A stretch of 64,000 nucleotides of DNA from Scenedesmus sp. PABB004 (lineage: Eukaryota), in assembly GCA_014905635.1 (NCBI GenBank), contig JABVCE010000012.1, positions 434,001 to 498,000 on the forward strand, given 5' to 3'. Positions 56,506 through 64,000 of the stretch are shown piece after piece (positions within the stretch are counted from its first letter, which is position 1; each line of letters begins with the position of its first letter). The notes under the pieces are model-generated. The model had not been told where the DNA came from and did no database searches. It saw only the letters and a program-made list of their open reading frames with translations. A program made the translations under genes and the position numbers.

Positions 56506-59500
56506 ATGCAGGAGGCGGTGGACGCGATCCGCAAGCAGCTCAACGCGGCGCAGGTCAAGCAGCGCAAGGTGCGGGCGCCCCCGGCGGCGCGTGCGCCGCG
56601 CCGCGGCGCCGCCGCCCGCGCCCGGCCGGCCCCCGCCGACCCGCCGACCCGCCGGCCCGCCCCGGCGGCGCGGCGGGGCGCGCAGGAGGGCGTGAAGGCG
56701 CTGGACGCGCAGCTCGACTCCCCGCTGTTCTTGCACGCGCTCGACGCCAACACCGCCAAGCTCTGGCCCCAGGACCGCCTCACCTGTGCGCGCCCGCCGC
56801 ACCGGCCGCAGCCGGCGCGGCCGCCGCGCGGCCGGCGACCCGCCGCGCGGCGCGCACGCAGCGGCGGCGGCGGCAGCGGCGGCGGGGATGACAGCAACGC
56901 GCCGCCGCCCGCGCCCGCGCCGCCGCCGTCCCGGCCGCGCAGTCGCGACGTGGCCGGGGCTGCTGGACGTGTACCTGGCGTTTGTCAAGGCCGAGCTCGA
57001 CGGCGGGCGCGTGCTCGACGCGGCGGCGCTCAAGGTGCTGCGCCGCGTGTTCACGGAGGCCGACAACCCCGACCGATGCGGTGCGCTCGGCGGCGCAGCA
57101 GCGGCGGGTGGCGGCGCGGCGGCGGCAGCGGCCTGCGGCGGAGCTGCGGCGCCCGCTGTACGCCCGCCCGCCGCCGCCGCGTCCGCCGCTGCCTGGCCGC
57201 GCAGGCCCCGGCGCGAAGCACCTGCTGCGCCGCGCAGCGGCGGCGTTCGACCGCATCCACCGCGTGCTGGAGAAGAGCGAGGCGCCGGGGGAGGGCCTCG
57301 CGACCCCGCTGGGGCGCGAGTTTGTCGCCGTGCTGCTCAAGGTGCTGCTGCCCAACGCCGACTACTGCCGCCGCAGCAGCGTGGCCACGTTCAGCGGTGC
57401 GCGCACGCGGAGGGCGGCGGCGGGAGTGGCGCGGCCGTGGCCGCGCGGCTCCCGAGTCGCACGTTAAGCGCGCGCGCGCGCGCCGCCTCGCCTCGCCGCC
57501 GCTGGACGCCGCCGCCAGGGCTGCTGGAGGAGGCGATGTGCCGCTTCGAGAGCCTGCAGCGCAGCATCGCCGACGCGGAGGCCGCGTCCCGCCGCGCGCG
57601 CGGCCGCGTCGGCGTCGTCCGGCCGCCTCGGCGGCGGCGGCGCGCACGGCCGCGGCGGCGGCGCGCGCGGGGTCGTGTCGGTGGTCGCTGCCGAGAATGA
57701 GCTGCACAGCATGGCCTGCCTCGTCTCGGGGCTCCTCGCGGGCACCCCGGGCGCGCTCACGCCCGCGTTTGCCGCCGACGTCGCCAGCTTCGTCGTGGCC
57801 GCGCTCAAGTGGCTCGGCGAGCAGCGGTGCGCGCGCGCGTGCGCGCGCGCGCCAACCCGCGGCGACGCAGCGGCGGCGGCGGCTGCGACTGTGCCGGCAG
57901 CGCCGCGCCGACCGCCGCGCCCGCACCCGCGCGGCGCCGCCGCAGGCGCTTTGGGCGCGTGGACCTGCAGCTGCTGCCCGCGCTCAACGGCCTGCTGCTG
58001 GCGTACGGCCTCGAGCTGCGCCACGCCGCGCCCAGCCTGCACGGGCAGCTGCTCGACTATCTGCGCCACGGCTGGGGAGAGCGCAACACGCGGCTCAAGG
58101 CGCGCCGCCGCCGCCGCCGCGGCCTCGCCCAGCGCGACGGTCGCCGCCGTGCCGTCGCGCCGCTGACGCCCCCGCGCCGGCGCCCGCCCGCGCCGGCGCC
58201 TGCCCGCGCGCGCAGGAGGGCCTCCTGTGCTTTGCCCGCGTGTCGCTGTCGCTCGGCGGCCCACAGGCGCATGGCGACAAGGGGCTGGCTGACCTCGTCA
58301 GCCTCGCCAGCAGGGACATCAACGCGCCTGGCTTTGCCTGGTGCGGCGGCGCGGCGGCACGGCGGCGCCGGACCGGCGAGCCGGGCGGCGGCCGCGCGGG
58401 GGCGCGCCCACCCAAACGCCTGCCGCCCGCGCGCGCCCTGCAGGGACCTGCAGGGCAGCCGGCAGCACCAGCTGCTCGCGGCGCTCGCGGCGTCGGCCAT
58501 CTACCACCAGGCGTTCCCTGTGTCGACCAACACCACGTGCCTCGCGCCCGGCGGCGCCGACGGCGGCGGCGCCGGCGGCCGCGGCGCCGGCGGGCCCGCC
58601 CGGCCGGCAGCGAGGGCAGCTGCGGCGCCGGCGCGGCGGTCGGGCAGCGGCGCAGCCGCAGCGGCAGCGCGGCGTCGCCGCCGGACGGCGCCGATGGCGC
58701 AGCCGGCGCGATGGCGGTGGACGGCGAGCGGCCGGGGGCCGGCGGTGACAGCGAGGACGGCGACGAGCTCTCCTTCCTGCCCCGCAAGCGCCCGCGCGTG
58801 ATGGGCCCCGCGGAGCAGCTCCTGGAGCGCGCGGAGCTGGCGCCGGAGCGGTGCGGCGCGCGCGTGGGGCAGCAGCGCCGCGACCGCGGGCGCCGCGCTG
58901 ACGCTCCGCCCGCCGCGCACCGCGCGCGTGACCGGCGCGCAGGTGGGGCCCCGTGCTTGCGCTCCTGCTGCACCAGCACGGCCCGCTGCTGCCGCCGGGC
59001 TTTGCCTCGGCGCTGCTGCAGCGCCTCTCGGGGCGCGTCGGCCAGCTGGTCGCCGCCATGTGCGGCGGCGGCGCGCCCGCCGGTGCGGGCGCGGTCGCCG
59101 GCGGCGCGGCGGCGGCGGTGGCGGCGGCAGCGGCGGGCGCTGTGCAGGCGGGCGCCGGCGTGCTGGTGGTGCGCGGCGTCAGCCCCGCGCCGCCGCCCCG
59201 CCGCCGGCCCGGCGGCTGCCGCGCCGGTGAGCGCCGCAGAGGCGGCCGCGCAGCTGGCGGCGCAGCAGGTGCAGCTGCAGTGGCTCCTGCGGTGCTGCAG
59301 CGAGCTCGCGCTGTGCTGGCCCGCCCACCTGCACCCGCTCTCCGCGGCAGCGGGGCCGGCCGCCGGCGGCGGCGACGCGCCCGCCGCGGCCGCCGCGGGC
59401 TGGTCACACGTGTGGGAGAGCCTGTCGGGGATGGCGGCGGCGGTGGGCCTCGCGGAGGCCACCGGCGCGGCCGCGGCGCTGCAGCCGGGCCTCGCCGACG

Positions 59501-62500
59501 CGGCGTGCTGGCAGCTGCACGTGCTCGCGGCGCAGCGCCTCGTCGCGCCGGGCAGCAAGGCCGGCGCGCTTTTGCACCTGCTGCCGCTGGTGCTGCAGCC
59601 CGCGGCGGCGCAGGCGGCGGCGGCGGCGGCGTACGGCGACGAGCGGCTGCGGGCGGCGCAGCTCTTTGGACCGCTCAGCGCCGCCCAGCTCGCCCTGGTC
59701 GCAACGCTCTGCGCCGGCGAGCGCATGGGCAGCCACGCCGAGGTCGCCACGCGGCTGCAGCTGCTGCAGGCCTGCCTGCGCACGGCCGACGCGTTCAGCG
59801 GCGCCGCGCGGCCGGGCGCTGGCGGCGCCGCGCCGGGCGCGACGGGCGCGACGGCCGCCGCCGCGGGCGCGGCCGCCGCGGTCCTCGGCGCGGGCGCGCT
59901 CGTCGCGAGCCTCCCCGAGCTGCTGCTGCCGGCGATGCTGGCGCTGCTGGAGGCCCCCGGCCTGCCCACGCCGGGGCTGAACGGCTGCGCCGGGCCCGCC
60001 GCCGCCGCGCCTCTGGGCGCCCGCGGCGGCGCCGGCGGCGGCGCCGGCGGCGGCGCGGGGCCTGCGCCGGCGCCGCTGCCGAGCGGTGTGGTCTGGTACA
60101 GCGCGGCCACGTGGTGGGCCGCCGACGGCCGGGTTGAGAGCATGCTTGAGGGCCTGGAGCAGGCGCAGGAGGCGCTGGGGCGCCGGCTCGCCGGCCTGCG
60201 CCTGCAGCAGCTGCTCGCCGGCGCGGCCGCGGCGGACGAGGCCGCCGGCGGGGCGCCGACGCGGCGGGCGGCGCGGCGGGCGCCGGCGACGGCCCCGCCG
60301 ACGCCGCGCTGTCGTGGCGCTGCTGGTGCCAGCTCGCGGACGGCGCGGCGGAGCTGCTCTCGGCGGTGCGCGCCACGCGCCGCGCTCCGGCCGCCGCGCG
60401 CCGGCCGCCGCGCGCTGGGCGCCGCCGGCCGCCGTGCGCGCTTGCCTGACGGCGCCGCCGGCGGGCCGGCCCGCCTGCCTGCCACCCGCCGCGCCGCGCA
60501 GGCCCTGGACGCGCTGCTGCCCGAAGACGCGGCGGCGGACGAGGACACGCTGGGAGACGCAGCCGCCGCGGCCGCGCCGCCCCCGCCCGGCGGCGCGCCG
60601 GCCGACCCTGTCAAGGCGCTCTGCCACGTGCTGCTGCTGGCCAACGCGGGCGCCAACCTGCCCTGCATTGCCGCCGTCAAGTGGGCGGTGCTGCAGCAGC
60701 AGACGCACGCCGCGGCGCACGCGGGCGGGAGCGCGGGCGGCGCGGCCGAGGCGGCGGCGGCGGACCTGGCGGGCGCGTGGTGCGGCGTCGGCTTCAGCGG
60801 CGTGCCCGGGCTGCACGACCAGCTGCTGCGCCTCGTGCTGCAGGCGGTGGAGCACGCGGGGCGGCTGCTGCGCGACAACCTCGCCGCGCTGCCGTGCGCG
60901 GGCGGCGCGACGTGGCTGGTGCAGCTGCAGCACCTCGGCGCCTCGCTCGCGCGGCTGCAGCGGCTGATGGAAGCGCTGCCGCCGGCGCCCGACGCGGAGC
61001 CCGCGGCGCTGGGCGGCGTGGGCGGTGTGCGCAGCCGCGACGTTGCGCTGGCAGCGGCGGCGGGCGTGCTGCAGCCCGTCGTGCTGGCGCTGGAGGGCGT
61101 GGCCAGCGCAGCAGCGGCCGCCGCGGTCGCGGCGCCCGACGACCCGCGCTTCCGCCGGGTGCGCCGAGCCCTCCCTGCCGGGCCCGCCGCACGCGCCGGG
61201 CGCGCCCCGCCTCGCGCCCGCCGTGCTGACCGCCCGCCCGCCCGCCACGCACGCCCCGCGCGCCCCACGTCCGCCAGTGCCGCACGTTCACGTCGGGCGA
61301 CGCTGACTTTGACCTGGACGACGAGCTCGACCCGGGGGCGCTCGGCGCCGCGCCGAGCTTCAGCCGGCCCGCCAGCAGCCCCTCCACGTTCAGCCTCGGC
61401 GGCGCGCTCGCCGTGGTCGGGCTGCCGAGCAGCCTCGCCGCGCCCGGCGCCTCGCAGGCGCCCGGCGGCGCGATGGGCCCGCCCACGCTGCGCGGGCCGG
61501 CGGCGGCCGCGGCCGCGGCGGCCGCGGCGGCGGCGGGCCCCGCGTTTGCGCTGCTGCTCGGCGGCGGCCTCGGCGGCTTTGCCGGCCGCGCGGGCGGGCG
61601 GATGGGGTCGGGCGTCGTGTGCCCGGCGCTCGCCGGCGCGCCGCACGATGCCAGCGGCGGCGTCATCTGCGCCGCCGCCGCGCGCGCGGCGTGGCCGGCG
61701 CCCCGCGGCGGCGCGCTGGGCTTTGCCGCCGGCGGCCTCGCAGAGGGCCTCTGCGGCGTGGTCGGTTCGCAGGGCGCGGGGCTGCGTGTGCTCGCGGCGC
61801 TCGCGCCCGCGTGCGGCGCCGACGCGGCACAGGGGCTGCTGCAGCTCTGGCGCCATGTGTGCGGCGTCGGCGGCGGCGCGCCGAGCGAGCAGCTGCTTGA
61901 GGGCCTGGTGGAGACCATGGCGGTCGCCGTGTGCGCAGGTGGGGCGCACCTGCCACGCGCAAGGGAGCAGGCCGCCTGCGCGGCGGCCCCACGTCCGTCG
62001 CGCCGTCCGCCGCGCCAGCAGCTGACCGCCGCCTCCACGCCGCGCTGCGCCGCGCCGCGCCCACCCCGCCCCGCGCAGGCGGCTGGGTGCAGCTGGACCA
62101 GCTCCTCGGCCTCATAACCGGCCGCCACGCGCTGCTGGCGGCGAACAAGCCGTCCCTGAGCACGCTTCACCTCGTGCTGCGCCTGCTGCAGGCGGTCGCG
62201 GCGTCCGCGGGCGCCGCCGGCATGCGGCTGGACCAGCCGCCCGACGCGTTCGTCGCGGCCGCGTCGCAGGGCTCCGCGCCGCCCTCGGGCGGGCCGGCGG
62301 ACGCGGCCGGCGGCAGCGGCGGCCCCGGCGGCGCGCCGATGCTGGCCACCATGCTGTCGGTGCGCGTCGGCGGCTCTGCGCGGCTCAGCGCGCCGCCGCG
62401 GCCGGCGGTCCCGCGCGGCCACGGGCGCCCGCTAGCCGGGCTGCCTGCGCGGCGCCGCAGGGGCGCCAGCTCACTTAATCGCCGCCCACGCGGCGCGCCA

Positions 62501-64000
62501 CCGCGCGCAGATCTTCGGGGACGTGCGCGCCCGCCTGGGCCGGCTGCGCGCGGGCGGGCAGCAGGCGCCCGAGCACAATCCGCTGCCGCAGGCCACGCAG
62601 CTGCAGCTGGGCCTCACGCTGCGCGCGCTGCTCGCGCACGAGCCGCAGCACGCGGCGGGGGCCGGCGCCGCCACACGCGGCGAGCCCGCCGCCGGCGGCG
62701 ACGACGGCGCCGCGGAGCTCGAGGCGGCGCGCGCCGAGCTGCTGGAGCTGCTGAGCGGGTCAAGCCACGCCCTGCGCCTGCGCGGCGCCGCGCTCGCGGC
62801 GGAGCTGCTCGCCGAGGCCGCGGCCGCGGCGGGCGCGCGCGCGGCCGCCGCGGCGGCCGTGACCGGCGCGCTCGCGCCCGGCGCGGGCGGCGCGGGCGCG
62901 GTGTCGGGCGCGGTGCTCGCGTCGCTGCGCGGCGTGCAGCGGCACATCGCGCTGCAGCTCTCGCCCGCGCCGGACGCGCAGCAGGCCGCGATCGTGTCCG
63001 CCATCCGCGGCGCCGCGGGCGCGCGCGCGCCGTCGGCGGACGCCGCGGCGGCCGCGCGCGCGGCGCTGACCGACGCCAAGCTCGGCCTCCTGTCGTGCGA
63101 GACGGGCGTGCTCATGCTGGTGGAGCTCGCGGGCGCGACGCGCGGCGCCACGGGCGCGGCGCTCGCGGCGCAGGAGCCGCCCGACCTGCTCGACGCGGCG
63201 CTGCTCGCCGCGCTGCTTGGCCAGGCGGCGTGCCTCGCGCAGCTGCCGCCCGAGCTGCTGCCGGCGGTGTCGTGCACCGAGGCCGACGCGCGGCCGGCGG
63301 TCATGCGGCTCACCGTCGCCGCGCTCGAGGTGCTCGCGGCGGGTCAGCAGTACGCGGGGCGGGGGCCGTACCTCGCCTACCACGCGCCCGCGCTGCTCTG
63401 GACGTGGTTTGCCGACGGCCGCGGCGTCGCCGACCTCGCGCTGCTGCGCCCCGCGCTCTGCCCGCCCGAGCCCGGCAGCGGCGCGTCAGGCCGCGGCGGC
63501 GGCGGCGGCGCGTCAGGCGGCGGCGGCGGCGGCGGCGGCGGCGACTCGGCGGCGGTGCAGGCGCTGCTGGCGCGCTACGGCACGTCGATGGTGGTCGCGC
63601 TGCTGCACGGCGGCCGCGACGACGCGCTCGCGGGCCTCGCGTCGTCGGCGGGCGTGCCGCTGCCGGAGCTGCTGGAGCGATTCAAGTGGCAGGCGCGCGC
63701 GCGCGTGCACTGGCGGGCGGGCGCGCCGCGCCGCGCCTGCGCGCCGCTCCCCGTGCGGCCCTTGCTCGCAGCCGCGCCGCGCGCCCGCCCTGACGCCCCG
63801 CCTTGCCCGCCACGCGTGCCCTGCGTGCCCCGCCTCCGCGCCCAGGCGTACAGCACGCTTTATCCCCTGCTCAAAGCCGCGCCGGAGCGCGCGACCGCGC
63901 TCTCGCAGCAGCTCACCGGCGCCGGCAGCACGGTGCGCCGCGCCGCCGGCCGCGCGCCTCGCTCGCCGCGCGCGCGCGCGCGCGCCCGCCCGCCCACGCC
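56506..64000 (+). CDS. ATM: 5' part of an ATM-like PIKK serine/threonine kinase (continues beyond the window)
   Basis: N-terminus MQEAVDAIRKQL...KQRKEGVKALDAQL...NTAKL...TWPGLL...KVLRRV...EF..LL..LL resembles the plant ATM N-terminal (TAN-like) region, followed by many helical-repeat exons. The kinase domain is not in the window. Confidence 0.65.

Noticed and set aside
1..64000. Hundreds of long overlapping Arg/Ala/Pro/Gly-rich ORFs (e.g. 20523-23801, 58095-61949, 10448-13369)
   Set aside because: Expected from stop-codon scarcity at very high GC. They are antisense or out-of-frame shadows of spliced genes.
1..64000. tRNA, rRNA or snRNA genes
   Set aside because: None recognised by eye. tRNAscan-SE and Infernal would be needed to exclude them.

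Overview
Very GC-rich (visually about 75-80%), intron-rich eukaryotic nuclear DNA, most consistent with a chlorophyte green alga (probably Sphaeropleales; inferred from short GC-rich introns, Ala-rich proteins and gene content). Most long six-frame ORFs are GC artefacts. About 16 ordinary genes can be reconstructed. They include a plant-type membrane protein, a TSP1/EGF surface protein, UEV1/MMS2, clathrin light chain, an LRR protein, an EAF-like protein, an importin-beta family protein, an SDR, a GH1 beta-glucosidase, sterol C24-methyltransferase, an HD-domain hydrolase, a calmodulin-like protein and the 5' part of an ATM-like kinase. The most striking feature is a family of ten ~1.3-2 kb cassettes (labelled A-J) at seven loci, two of them tandem arrays. 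Each carries a two-exon gene for an F-box-like plus ankyrin-like repeat protein. The cassettes share non-coding flanks and a conserved boundary motif (GGCGGTGCAGGGCCCAGGGCGCAGGCG, 14 copies). All seven loci lie downstream of, and co-oriented with, a host gene. Their ankyrin repeats are a mosaic of constant framework and hypervariable, apparently exchanged modules. This suggests a spreading, diversifying substrate-receptor repertoire, although no transposase, recombinase or reverse transcriptase is visible in the window. Also notable are frequent GC-AG introns, a duplicated sterol methyltransferase first exon bracketing the HD gene, and a GH1 gene with no obvious AUG. Exon boundaries were read by eye and no database searches were run.
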